A stretch of DNA of 55,733 bases from an uncultured Candidatus Saccharibacteria bacterium (GTDB lineage: Bacteria > Patescibacteriota > Minisyncoccia > UBA6257 > JAGOQP01), in assembly GCA_964420205.1 (NCBI GenBank), contig CAYQSO010000003.1, positions 22,828 through 78,560 on the forward strand, written 5' to 3'. The notes under the pieces are model-generated. The model did not search any database, was not told the origin of the DNA, and worked only from the letters and a program-made list of their open reading frames with translations. The translations under genes were made by a program, and so were the position numbers. Below, piece by piece: positions 15,896-24,882 of this stretch. The first letter of the stretch is position 1. Every line of letters starts with the position of its first letter.

Positions 15896-15912
15896 AGAGG
15901 GGGAAATAAATT

Positions 15913-16254
15913 ATGAGTTATGAATATATAGAACTCTGTTCTACACCCTATGAAGAAGACTGTGCACAAATAGGTGAAGAAAATTATAACAGTAAATCAA
16001 GAATAGAATGTGAAGTGTACATTTCACAGTTAGAAAGACTGTTTCCAGATGCTCAGTTCGGGGTAAAGTCATTCTCACATGACTTTGGAAGGTATAGAGA
16101 AGTAGTTGTTTACTATGATGATAATGATGATGAGTCAACAAGCGTTGCATTTGAAGTAGAGAGTAATTTACCCACTGAATGGGATGGCGAAGCAAAGAAA
16201 GAATTAAAAGAAAGAGGTTATTATAATGGAAGTAATACTGAAACAAAAATTTAA
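15913..16254 (+). CDS. Hypothetical acidic protein
   Basis: 113 aa; gaggggg SD upstream. Confidence 0.7.
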   Translation: MSYEYIELCSTPYEEDCAQIGEENYNSKSRIECEVYISQLERLFPDAQFGVKSFSHDFGRYREVVVYYDDNDDESTSVAFEVESNLPTEWDGEAKKELKERGYYNGSNTETKI

Positions 16255-16408
16255 TTACGGGAGAGTTCTTAATTATCCTGCTAATAAATTAGCAAATCAG
16301 TTTTGTAATCTTCTTAATACAAAAACTTTATCAGACGTTAATATAAAGTTAATAACGGAGATGGGAATTAGAGTAAAAATATTGAAGGAGTGTTACTGTA
16401 ATGGGTAA
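16226..16408 (+). CDS. Hypothetical protein
   Basis: 60 aa; gagg SD upstream; overlaps the upstream gene by 29 nt. Confidence 0.5.
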   Translation: MEVILKQKFNYGRVLNYPANKLANQFCNLLNTKTLSDVNIKLITEMGIRVKILKECYCNG

Positions 16409-16724
16409 GAATTATTTTCAAACAGAATACAAAAAGAAAACAAAGAAAGATAGGATTAAAGAATGTAACGAAAGGTCAATTTGTTGTCAGCTTTTTGGAG
16501 AACCTAAAGAGTATACTGCTGAAGAACATATTAGTAGGCACTGCACCTTTGAGAAAGGTGACGTTCTTCCATTAGATTACCTTGTATACTACGACTACTT
16601 TTATTGTACAGATAACAATGTTGTAAGGTCGGATATTCAGGGGACAGTTAGGGATTTAATCCACGATCTCTCAACAGTAGGAATAGAAACTGAAAATCTT
16701 TACAGATGTATTCACAGTTATTAA
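16401..16724 (+). CDS. Hypothetical protein
   Basis: 107 aa; aaggag SD upstream. Confidence 0.65.
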   Translation: MGKNYFQTEYKKKTKKDRIKECNERSICCQLFGEPKEYTAEEHISRHCTFEKGDVLPLDYLVYYDYFYCTDNNVVRSDIQGTVRDLIHDLSTVGIETENLYRCIHSY

Positions 16725-16746
16725 AATAAGTTTAGGAGTAAAAATT

Positions 16747-17766
16747 ATGAGCAATGAGCAAATTAAATTAAATGATGAAAAAATAAAAGAACTTTCCTAC
16801 GTAAGTTCTACTGGACTTACTAGAGAGGAAGAAGACAAGATAGTTAAGTATGTACAAGACAACCCTATAGAGATATACTGGGATTACAGAGACGAACTTT
16901 CTAAAGAGCAAATAGAAGAAATATTTGCAGATACTTCTACAGAAGAAAAATTAATGGAATGTGTTTGGTCAGTTCAAGATTCTATTATGGATATGAACTT
17001 AGATTATAGTTTTTCACTTGAAACAGAATTTCAAGATCAAGTACTAAAAGAATTCGACTTAGAAGATATTGAAGACGATAGAAAAGAATCTCTGTATGAA
17101 TTAATAAGGGACAATATAGTTTTCGATTGGAATTTCGATAAGCTCTTCAGTAAGTCTTCTGTAAACGTGGTTGTCACCGCACATAGCAACTATGATTGTT
17201 TATCTAGTGATTGGGCAATGGAGTCAACCTACGAGTATTATGACAGCTATTTTGGAGATATGTTAGACTTCCTTAATATAAACCCGGCGAAGTTTAAGGA
17301 AGAAGTAGACAAGATCGATTATCTTAATACAGGAGGAGAGTTTCCTGACTTACCAGAAAGGAACGATAAAGAAGTAATTAAGATAGAAGACTTATTACAA
17401 GAGTTAAATAATAATACTTCACCGAGTAACTATATTTTTATAACAAGAATGCCAGTAGATGAAGCTATTGAGTTCTTTAAGGAGAAAGAAAAAGCAGAGT
17501 ACGTTCTGATTAAGAAAGATACAATATCAGGTTTATTCTCTCATTTTCAAGGAGGAGGATCTCTCTTAGAATGCTATGTAAAGCAAGACTCCTTTATAAA
17601 AATAAAAACAGATAAAAGTAAACATACTTGCCTAGACATAGAAGTAGAACCTGTTAAACATTATTATACAGTAGCAGATGTATATGGCATATACAACAGT
17701 GAGTTTGAGCGAGGTGGAATAGATTTAATAGAAAGAAAGGGTAGTAAAGAATGTCAAGTTTCATAG
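16747..17766 (+). CDS. Acidic hypothetical protein, partner of the AAA+ ATPase
   Basis: 339 aa; aggag SD upstream; overlaps the downstream ATPase gene by 16 nt. Confidence 0.75.
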   Translation: MSNEQIKLNDEKIKELSYVSSTGLTREEEDKIVKYVQDNPIEIYWDYRDELSKEQIEEIFADTSTEEKLMECVWSVQDSIMDMNLDYSFSLETEFQDQVLKEFDLEDIEDDRKESLYELIRDNIVFDWNFDKLFSKSSVNVVVTAHSNYDCLSSDWAMESTYEYYDSYFGDMLDFLNINPAKFKEEVDKIDYLNTGGEFPDLPERNDKEVIKIEDLLQELNNNTSPSNYIFITRMPVDEAIEFFKEKEKAEYVLIKKDTISGLFSHFQGGGSLLECYVKQDSFIKIKTDKSKHTCLDIEVEPVKHYYTVADVYGIYNSEFERGGIDLIERKGSKECQVS

Positions 17767-18818
17767 TAAATAATAAAACAATAACATTTTTTGATGGGGA
17801 TGATGTAAGTATTGTAAAAGAACTACCATCGAATATATACTCTCTTAGGGAAGGGAAGTTTGGTTTGTATCTAGAAATAGAAGAAGAGTTTAAGCTTCCC
17901 GATAAAATTTATGGGGATACTATAAAAATATCAGATAGAGTAAAGAAAACTTTCAATAGTAGGACTACTAATACAGGTGTGCTTTTACATGGTGCTAAAG
18001 GTTCTGGAAAAACATTACTTACAAAGTATATATGTAACGACCTTTTAAAAACTCAAAATTTACCTGTAATTAAAGTTAATAAGGCTTTTGATCCCGAAGG
18101 GTTTAGTTCGTTTATGAATTCTCTAAAACAAGAAGTAGTTGTACTTTTTGATGAGTTTGAAAAAACCCATCCACAGGATAGGAGAAATGAAGACAATCCC
18201 AACCCTCAACAAACTCTTTTAAGTTTATTTGATGGTGTCTATAATTCTAAGAAGTTATTCTTGTTAACTTGTAACGATAGTTATGGGATTGACGACCATT
18301 TTAAAAATAGACCAGGAAGAATTTATTACTCAATTGAGTTTTCTGATATAGAAAAAGATGTTTTAGAAGAGTACTGTAAAGATAATTTAGTTAATAAAGA
18401 TAATCTTGAAAGTGTGATTATGATGTCTAATTTTTATGACCTCTTTACTTTTGATATCTTAGCAGCTCTTGTTGGGGAAATGAATTTACATGAAATAGAT
18501 GCGTTTGAGGCAATTAAATATTTAAATGTGGGTTGTAATTCTGATAACGATAGACTTTATAAAGTAACAGTGGTTAAAAATGGGAAAGTGTTTGAAACCA
18601 ATGATAAGGAAAGATTGAATCCTACTTCATCTAGAGACTATTGGTTCGATGATATTAAGGGAGATAGGATATTTGAAGGGACGTTAACACCTGACATGGT
18701 AGTTAAGGTAGATTTAAATATACCTTCCTATACTTATCAATTTGATAAAGATACTTTAATTATATTTGAAGGATTATATGAAAAAGATTTTAATCTTAAA
18801 AAGTTTTTAACAGTGTAG
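17751..18818 (+). CDS. AAA+ ATPase
   Basis: 355 aa; Walker A GAKGSGKTLL, Walker B VVLFDEFE, sensor-1 LLTCN, RPGR arginine motif. Confidence 0.8.
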   Translation: MSSFIVNNKTITFFDGDDVSIVKELPSNIYSLREGKFGLYLEIEEEFKLPDKIYGDTIKISDRVKKTFNSRTTNTGVLLHGAKGSGKTLLTKYICNDLLKTQNLPVIKVNKAFDPEGFSSFMNSLKQEVVVLFDEFEKTHPQDRRNEDNPNPQQTLLSLFDGVYNSKKLFLLTCNDSYGIDDHFKNRPGRIYYSIEFSDIEKDVLEEYCKDNLVNKDNLESVIMMSNFYDLFTFDILAALVGEMNLHEIDAFEAIKYLNVGCNSDNDRLYKVTVVKNGKVFETNDKERLNPTSSRDYWFDDIKGDRIFEGTLTPDMVVKVDLNIPSYTYQFDKDTLIIFEGLYEKDFNLKKFLTV

Positions 18819-18840
18819 AATAGAAAGAAAGGATTAAAAA

Positions 18841-19161
18841 ATGTTGATAATTAAAGATGATAAATTAATTGGAGAAGACAAAGAACTTAGAGTAGAAGCA
18901 ATGTACAATGAACTTAACAAAGCTATTTATATTTACTATAGAGTTTGGTTTAAAAACGAATATGGGGGTTGGAGTACAGATGTATTCAGTGGAGGTAAAT
19001 CAGTACTGTTTGAGAAACTTAAAAGAAAGAACACAAAGAAAGTTACACAACTCAACAGAGTAATAGAACTTTTATCAAACAATTCTGTGTTAGATTGTTT
19101 TTTCAACAACCCCGGGAAAATTGTAAGACTAATAAATGAATCTAAGTATCCGCCTGTATAA
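18841..19161 (+). CDS. Hypothetical protein
   Basis: 106 aa; aaagga SD upstream. Confidence 0.7.
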   Translation: MLIIKDDKLIGEDKELRVEAMYNELNKAIYIYYRVWFKNEYGGWSTDVFSGGKSVLFEKLKRKNTKKVTQLNRVIELLSNNSVLDCFFNNPGKIVRLINESKYPPV

Positions 19162-19322
19162 GAAAGGAAATAAAATGACAACAATTAAACAACAAAGATT
19201 AGTGGTAGCTTGTAAAACTACTTTAAGAGTATGGGGAGAAAAATAATAAGTACTATACTAAGTTCGTTGATGTTAATAATAAAGAAACGTGGTTACATAA
19301 TTTTATATAGAAAGGATTAAAG

Positions 19323-19697
19323 ATGCCTAATACAATAACGTTAGGAGGAATAGTAAAACTAAAGAATGATTTAGTTTTTTCAAGTGAAGGAATTCTTCAC
19401 TTTGGTTTATTAGTTAAAGGTAGGAATCATATTACGTATGAGAAAGGTGTGGGGATAACTCTAAAAGTATTTAAGTATGGAAGATACCCTGAACTTATTT
19501 TTGATGCAATAATACCTTACCCAGAGGATAAAGTCGAAGAATTTATGACTGAGATTCATAACCGTTTTAATCAAGATAAGATTGTTTACAAGTTGCCGGA
19601 TCATGTTACTTTAACACTCTGTAATATGAAGGGTTGTAACGCTGTTGCACATAAAAAAGGATTATGTAAAAAACACTATATGGAAATAATTTCATAG
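19323..19697 (+). CDS. Hypothetical protein with C-terminal Cys/His motif
   Basis: 124 aa; C-terminal CNMKGCNAVAHKKGLCKKHY. Confidence 0.7.
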   Translation: MPNTITLGGIVKLKNDLVFSSEGILHFGLLVKGRNHITYEKGVGITLKVFKYGRYPELIFDAIIPYPEDKVEEFMTEIHNRFNQDKIVYKLPDHVTLTLCNMKGCNAVAHKKGLCKKHYMEIIS

Positions 19698-19711
19698 GGA
19701 AGGTGATAAAA

Positions 19712-20083
19712 ATGTTATATCAGATAACAAGAGTAAAAAAAGAAGCAATAACTTATCAGTTTACGGAAGAAGAGATGCGAGAAGCATTGAAAGAAATGAA
19801 AAGAGAATGCTCTGAGATAGGTATATTAAATATAGATGAAGATTTACTTACAGAGATACTTAACGTTTACGATGTTATAGGTGATTTAGATAACTTTGCT
19901 ATTGAAAAAGATATCTTATCAGATACGTTTATTTTTCATGAGATTAATAATAATAATAACTTTAGTAAGGAAATAAAATTTGAAGAAGCTTCTTATGATC
20001 TTCTTAAAAAAGATGAAAATGAAGTTGTTAGAAGGATATGTAGAAACGCAGGTACACTTCCTGAGAAAGACGATAATAAATGA
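19712..20083 (+). CDS. Hypothetical acidic protein
   Basis: Track ORF 19703 (GTG start); ATG 19712 is better spaced from gggaagg. Confidence 0.7.
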   Translation: MLYQITRVKKEAITYQFTEEEMREALKEMKRECSEIGILNIDEDLLTEILNVYDVIGDLDNFAIEKDILSDTFIFHEINNNNNFSKEIKFEEASYDLLKKDENEVVRRICRNAGTLPEKDDNK

Positions 20084-20217
20084 GTTTTGAACGTTTTTGG
20101 GAGAAACAGCATTCCGATACTTTAAATGCTATAATAAAGATGAAGAAAGAAAAAGAAAAAATTATTGTCAATGACAATAGAACATTAAATATACAAGTTA
20201 ATCTGATAAGGAATTAG
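20080..20217 (+). CDS. Small hypothetical protein (45 aa)
   Basis: ATGA overlap with the upstream stop; below track cutoff. Confidence 0.45.
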   Translation: MSFERFWEKQHSDTLNAIIKMKKEKEKIIVNDNRTLNIQVNLIRN

Positions 20218-20437
20218 AACTATGAAAACAGTTATTGGATATTACTTATATAATTTAGGAGCCGCTCAATATGGTCTTGATACGATCTTAGAAGTATCTT
20301 CAGAATATGGGAGAATGTGTAGAGGATATGTTTTCAGATAGAGAAATCTGTGAGAGTAAAAGAGATGAGTTTATTAAACATATTGAGGAAGTATACAAAT
20401 ATCATAAAGAACACGGAACACTGGAGGAAATGACATA

Positions 20438-20665
20438 ATGGCAAAAAGAGATAAATATGTATTAGAAAGAAAAGAACCATTTAGTTTTAAAATAGTTACT
20501 GAGGGCGAGTTATTCGATTTAGCATTTAGGTTAATTGATCCTAGTAAAATAACTAAGACTTATCCACATGACCCACCACCATATGACCACGCTAGTGCTA
20601 AGGTAGAAGATTTATACGAGGCATTATACGATAATGGGTATACTTTTAGAAAGAAAACATGGTAA
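20438..20665 (+). CDS. Hypothetical protein
   Basis: 75 aa; ggagg SD upstream. Confidence 0.7.
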   Translation: MAKRDKYVLERKEPFSFKIVTEGELFDLAFRLIDPSKITKTYPHDPPPYDHASAKVEDLYEALYDNGYTFRKKTW

Positions 20666-20681
20666 GAGAAAGGAAACAATA

Positions 20682-21020
20682 ATGTTATTAAGTTATACAA
20701 TAAGTGAGCTAAAAAGATTTTTAGGAGATACTATAAATAGCGAATATAAGCCTAGTATACAACTGTTTTGTGAAGGTACTAAATCTAAGTGTCTTGTAGT
20801 GAAACGGAAGCATTTAGAGAAGTTTATTGAATTCGTAGAACGTGAAGATTTAAATAGTAGAATTTTTACATATATTAAGGGAACAACAACTAAAGTTGTT
20901 ACGATAATTCATTTCAATGAAGACGATTTTTCTCTAAAAGAAATAGAAGAAATAAAACATTTAAGAGTAGATGAAGTTTTTAGATTAGGTGATAGCGAAT
21001 TAATACTTCGTATTCGCTAA
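20682..21020 (+). CDS. Hypothetical protein
   Basis: Track ORF 20634 trimmed to ATG 20682 (aaagga SD, follows the upstream stop). Confidence 0.7.
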   Translation: MLLSYTISELKRFLGDTINSEYKPSIQLFCEGTKSKCLVVKRKHLEKFIEFVEREDLNSRIFTYIKGTTTKVVTIIHFNEDDFSLKEIEEIKHLRVDEVFRLGDSELILRIR

Positions 21021-21082
21021 TCCCCCACCAAGGAGTGGGAGGTGGTCTGGTCGCTGGCCACTGGTCGCTGATTGGTTTTTAA
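21021..21082 (+). other. G-rich GC island, copy B
   Basis: tcccccaccaaggagtgggaggtggtctggtcgctggccactggtcgctgattgg; followed by the hairpin ttaattag/ctaattaa (21079-21099). Confidence 0.7.
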
Positions 21083-21097
21083 TTAGTTTCTCTAATT

Positions 21098-21132
21098 AAA
21101 AAACTCTTAAAAATTCAAAAATTTTTGAAAGG
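21098..21132 (+). promoter_or_regulatory. Conserved 35-bp leader motif, copy 2
   Basis: aaaaaactcttaaaaattcaaaaatttttgaaagg; ends 9 nt before ATG 21142. Confidence 0.7.
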
Positions 21133-21141
21133 AGAAAGTTA

Positions 21142-21306
21142 ATGGCAACTTGGATAGCAGATTATTGGACACTAAAAAGTAGTGTTGAGGATTCTAATGA
21201 TGATTTATATAACTTAATACGTTCGTTAGAAGATAAGCTGATTGATAAAGATTTATCCGATATACATATAAGAGTAGAATATAAGATGAAAGGACAAGAA
21301 TTGTGA
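21142..21306 (+). CDS. Small acidic hypothetical protein (54 aa)
   Basis: MATWIADYWTLKSS...; below track cutoff; first ORF after motif copy 2. Confidence 0.55.
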   Translation: MATWIADYWTLKSSVEDSNDDLYNLIRSLEDKLIDKDLSDIHIRVEYKMKGQEL

Positions 21307-21457
21307 GTTTTATTGCTGACATCTTTGATATAAGGAAACAAGAAGAATCGAGAGCTGAGGAGCTCTCTTTTAAATTAGATTTGGACTGCTCTTTCTTAAA
21401 AGAGAGGCTAGAAAGCGATAATGTAAAATGGTTTTTAAATCAGATTGGAATAGAGAT

Positions 21458-21835
21458 ATGAATAAATTTTATGTAAAAGAGCACTATAAATGTAATTGTG
21501 GGGCACTAACAATTTATTTAGAAGAAGTAATTTCCGGTGAAGAAAAGATAGTAAATTGGAAAGGCCCAATGAAAAGTTTTCAAGAACATTTTAACGACAA
21601 ATTACTTTATTTTTATAATAAACATGCTGTAAATTCTAATAGACCTTATAGCAATTGCAATTATTGTGTAAATTATTGGGGATTAGATCTTTGTGGTTGT
21701 GGTAGTGGTGAAAAATTTGGTAAGTGTAAAGCAGGAAGTGAAAGTTGTAATTACCCTTCTCAATCTTTAGAGGAAGATTTTGTAAGTTCTTGTGATACAA
21801 ATTTAGGTGCTATATTTAAAGGATTTGGAGGATAA
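21458..21835 (+). CDS. Cys-rich protein with SEC-C-like metal-binding motif
   Basis: Track ORF 21428; ATG 21458 overlaps the stop of a 52-codon GTG ORF (21303..21461). CGCGSGEKFGKC resembles the SEC-C motif CPCGSGKKYKKC. Confidence 0.65.
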   Translation: MNKFYVKEHYKCNCGALTIYLEEVISGEEKIVNWKGPMKSFQEHFNDKLLYFYNKHAVNSNRPYSNCNYCVNYWGLDLCGCGSGEKFGKCKAGSESCNYPSQSLEEDFVSSCDTNLGAIFKGFGG

Positions 21836-21837
21836 TT

Positions 21838-22203
21838 ATGAATTATATAAAACAAGCTCAAGTTCTTGAACAAAGAAAGAAACAAATAATTAATGAATTA
21901 AAAAAAGCAATTAAAACTCTTCCTGAAAATGAAAATATAAAAATATTAAGTGACTCTCCACGATGTTATACATTAAAAGTTAGTCAATTAATGGAGCATG
22001 GGAATTTAAGCCCCAAGTTTTATTCTTTTAAACACCAATACGAACAGATTTCTGATTGGATAGAATCGCAGTCAGTAGAAACAATTATTATAAATTGGGA
22101 TGAGAGTAAGAGAAAAGGAATACTTGGTAAATTTTACAGAAGTAATAACTCAGGGGAGCCGGTATTTAAACCTAGTCAGAGGTATAGTAAATTACACCCA
22201 TAA
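21838..22203 (+). CDS. Hypothetical protein
   Basis: 121 aa; ggagg SD upstream. Confidence 0.7.
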   Translation: MNYIKQAQVLEQRKKQIINELKKAIKTLPENENIKILSDSPRCYTLKVSQLMEHGNLSPKFYSFKHQYEQISDWIESQSVETIIINWDESKRKGILGKFYRSNNSGEPVFKPSQRYSKLHP

Positions 22204-22246
22204 GTTATAGAGAATGTTGATAAGATAATTAATAAGGATAATTAAG

Positions 22247-22549
22247 ATGAATAAATTACCTGAATTAAAAAGTAAAGATGCACATGTACTTTTAATATTA
22301 AGTAATACTCCTGATGAAAAATTGGAAAATTATTTAGATTATAGAGTATGTTTACAACCATCAATGAGAATTGATAAATTAGTTGAAGTATGTAAAGTAC
22401 GTGATATTATACAATCTATTCCTACAATTAAAGAGGATGGGTATTTTAATGCTGACGAATATTATAGGAATCTAGAAATAATAAAACAAGTATTAGAGAA
22501 AAGGTATAGTACGAGAATATTTTATTTGGATTTTAGAAAGGTAGGCTAG
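22247..22549 (+). CDS. Hypothetical protein
   Basis: 100 aa; aagga SD upstream. Confidence 0.7.
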   Translation: MNKLPELKSKDAHVLLILSNTPDEKLENYLDYRVCLQPSMRIDKLVEVCKVRDIIQSIPTIKEDGYFNADEYYRNLEIIKQVLEKRYSTRIFYLDFRKVG

Positions 22550-22551
22550 TT

Positions 22552-22785
22552 ATGAAAACAGAATTAATGGGAGTAGATATAATAAGTATGCTAAAAATGT
22601 TATCAAAAGAAGCGAAGCATCCTGGTATTGCAATAGATTGTGTAATTATTTCTTCACTCTTAAGTAAGATAACTGAGAGAGTATTAGAGTTAGATGATAA
22701 AGAACTTATTACATATTGTAGGGCACTCTATTTATTACAAGAAAAAGAGATTACAGAAAGGGGGGAAGTATATGAGCAAAGTTAA
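22552..22785 (+). CDS. Hypothetical protein
   Basis: 77 aa; starts 3 nt after the upstream stop. Confidence 0.65.
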   Translation: MKTELMGVDIISMLKMLSKEAKHPGIAIDCVIISSLLSKITERVLELDDKELITYCRALYLLQEKEITERGEVYEQS

Positions 22786-22957
22786 ACAAGATCTTATTGA
22801 AGTAGTAGAATTTCCCACTACTTCAATAGAACGGCCTCTTTATAGAACTTTTAATAATATAAGGGAAGCGTGGAAATATATAGATGAAACTTATGATGAG
22901 AGGGAATGTAAAGTAATAAAACCAAGTATAAGAGTTAACGGAAGTTATGAATATTAA
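22772..22957 (+). CDS. Hypothetical protein
   Basis: Track ORF 22694 trimmed to ATG 22772 (G6 SD at 22760-22765). Confidence 0.6.
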   Translation: MSKVKQDLIEVVEFPTTSIERPLYRTFNNIREAWKYIDETYDERECKVIKPSIRVNGSYEY

Positions 22958-23176
22958 GGAGACAAATTATGAAAATAAATGAGCTTATAAAATTATTAAC
23001 AGAAATAAAAGAAGACTACGGTGATTTAAATGTAATGGTAACGAAACCCTGAGAAAGCTGTTGAGTTAGCAACACGTTCAATAACACATCAACATTGGAG
23101 ATGTATGCCCTGTAATCACTTAGAAATTATTATTAGATCAATTATGAGAAAATTAATTTAGAAAGGAGTAAAAATT

Positions 23177-23464
23177 ATGATTAAAGAAAAGTTCCTTAAA
23201 AAGATAGCTAAATTAGAAGCAGATAACCAACACTCTCTTTATATGAAAGAGGTTGCTTTATATTTTGATGATATTAATACTGCTCAAAAATTTGAATTAA
23301 TTAAACAAATACAAGACTTAGAATTTTCACTTGACCCGTTCCTAAATCTTTATAAACAACAATTATTTAATGATTTGAGAATAAGGCATAAAGACAAGTG
23401 TATTAAATTAAATATGTATGTGCCAGAAAGGGTAAATGAGTCGTTACCTAAGTTAGTTTATTAA
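23177..23464 (+). CDS. Hypothetical protein
   Basis: 95 aa; aaggag SD upstream. Confidence 0.7.
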   Translation: MIKEKFLKKIAKLEADNQHSLYMKEVALYFDDINTAQKFELIKQIQDLEFSLDPFLNLYKQQLFNDLRIRHKDKCIKLNMYVPERVNESLPKLVY

Positions 23465-23480
23465 GAACGGAGTAAAAATT

Positions 23481-23969
23481 ATGAGAATGTATAAAAGAGT
23501 TGATTTAGAAAGTGCTTTTAGTGACAGATGGTTTGACTTTGAGCAGTTAAGAGATTATGTTATAGAAGAAATTGAACTTCATGCAGAAGATGAAGATCTT
23601 GATGAAAATGGTAATCTTAAACAAGAACATTTAAATAATCTTCAAACAGAAAAACAGCTAATAAGTTGGGCGGCTGGATGGTACTTTGGCATTGAAGTAT
23701 TTGATACAGAAAAAGACGAAGACTTAGAAAGATTGTGGGATGATCTTACAGATATCCCTTTTGATGAAGATAATGATAAAGAATTAGTCTTAGGAGAAGA
23801 CTGGTTTATCTTTAGTGTAGGAGATGTCGTATTTGATATTCACCGTTGGTTTGATAAACATCATTCTAAAGGGGTTGGTTATTTAATGTATGGTACGAAT
23901 TCGAATAGAGATAAAGAGTTAAAAGAAAAAACTAAATACATACTTAATAGAGTTAAAAAATATTTTTAG
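23481..23969 (+). CDS. Hypothetical acidic protein (possible upstream part of a +1 frameshift fusion)
   Basis: 162 aa; ggag SD upstream. The C-terminus EKTKYILNRVK is encoded by a 36-bp repeat shared with gene 31804. Ends TAT TTT TAG. Confidence 0.7.
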   Translation: MRMYKRVDLESAFSDRWFDFEQLRDYVIEEIELHAEDEDLDENGNLKQEHLNNLQTEKQLISWAAGWYFGIEVFDTEKDEDLERLWDDLTDIPFDEDNDKELVLGEDWFIFSVGDVVFDIHRWFDKHHSKGVGYLMYGTNSNRDKELKEKTKYILNRVKKYF

Positions 23970-24159
23970 AGAGTTAAGTGAAATTAATTTAACTTATGAA
24001 CAACAAAAAGTTATTAATAAGATATCTAGAATAGACGATGCTCTTTACTTACTGGCACAGTTGGAAAAGTATTATGAAGAAGGTTACGATTTTAACTGTC
24101 AGTTAGTAAAAGATCTACGTGGTGCGATAGATGTCTTTTTCAAGAGGTATGTAGGATGA
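23968..24159 (+). other. 63-codon protein-like ORF lacking any canonical start, in the +1 frame relative to 23481..23969
   Basis: RELSEINLTYEQQKVINKISRIDDALYLLAQLEKYYEEGYDFNCQLVKDLRGAIDVFFKRYVG. Its TGA overlaps ATG 24156 (ATGA). There is no ATG, GTG or TTG before 24061. Confidence 0.5.
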
Positions 24160-24488
24160 ATTATGAAATTTTAGAAAACGGAAACTTAAAACTTACCCCT
24201 GATGAGGATGAGTTAGAAGAAATAAAAGAAGTGGAGAATATCCATTACGACGGTATTTATTTCGATGTGATGGAAAGTTTAGTATGTAATTCAGATATTG
24301 ATCATATTCATCCAGAAGAAGTAGGTGCGTTAACAGGCGCACCTATACTAGGGATAGTTTCCAGAGATGATTATACTAATGAGATAACTGAGATATATAA
24401 TCTCTGGTGGTACCCTGATTACGCTATTAGAGGTCCGCAAGAAGATATGTTAGAATATGGTTATGCAATATTTATAAAAGGAGAATAA
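24156..24488 (+). CDS. Hypothetical acidic protein
   Basis: 110 aa; agagg SD upstream. Confidence 0.7.
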   Translation: MNYEILENGNLKLTPDEDELEEIKEVENIHYDGIYFDVMESLVCNSDIDHIHPEEVGALTGAPILGIVSRDDYTNEITEIYNLWWYPDYAIRGPQEDMLEYGYAIFIKGE

Positions 24489-24490
24489 CA

Positions 24491-24868
24491 ATGATTAAAG
24501 ATAAATTAAAAGTAATTTCTACTTGGAATTGTAACTTTAAACCGGAAGTTGGAATAGGTGTTACAGAGTTGCTCTATACAGATAGAGAAGTTTATACTAT
24601 AATAAATGTTTCTAAATCTGGAAAAGTAATTACGATACAAGAAGATGAATGTACTCTACTTAACCAAGATGAGTTAGAATTTCATGTGGGCGGGTTTGCA
24701 GCACATTGTTCTAATCAATCTCAACAACGTTGGGAATGTAAACCGAATCCAAATGGAAAAATAATGAAAGCTTCTTTAAGAAAAGATGGGATCTTTAGGA
24801 TAAAGGGTTGTACGAGTTCTGGGAAGTTAGTAGAAGGTAGGCATAAGTTTCATGATTTTAATTTTTAG
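24491..24868 (+). CDS. Hypothetical protein
   Basis: 125 aa; aaggag SD upstream. Confidence 0.7.
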   Translation: MIKDKLKVISTWNCNFKPEVGIGVTELLYTDREVYTIINVSKSGKVITIQEDECTLLNQDELEFHVGGFAAHCSNQSQQRWECKPNPNGKIMKASLRKDGIFRIKGCTSSGKLVEGRHKFHDFNF

Positions 24869-24882
24869 GAAAGAGGTTAATA

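Noticed and set aside
20222-20439. Two short overlapping ORFs (39 aa from ATG 20222, 43 aa from ATG 20308), considered as a third frameshifted gene
   Set aside because: There is no homopolymer or slippery sequence in the overlap and no shared motif spans the junction. Each ORF has its own ATG, so the evidence is too weak.
22969-23176. 27-codon ORF MKINELIKLLTEIKEDYGDLNVMVTKP* followed by about 125 bp without a convincing ORF
   Set aside because: It looks like the truncated 5' end of a small phage gene, which makes it a pseudogene. The downstream frames do not extend it convincingly, so neither a gene nor a recoding event is claimed.
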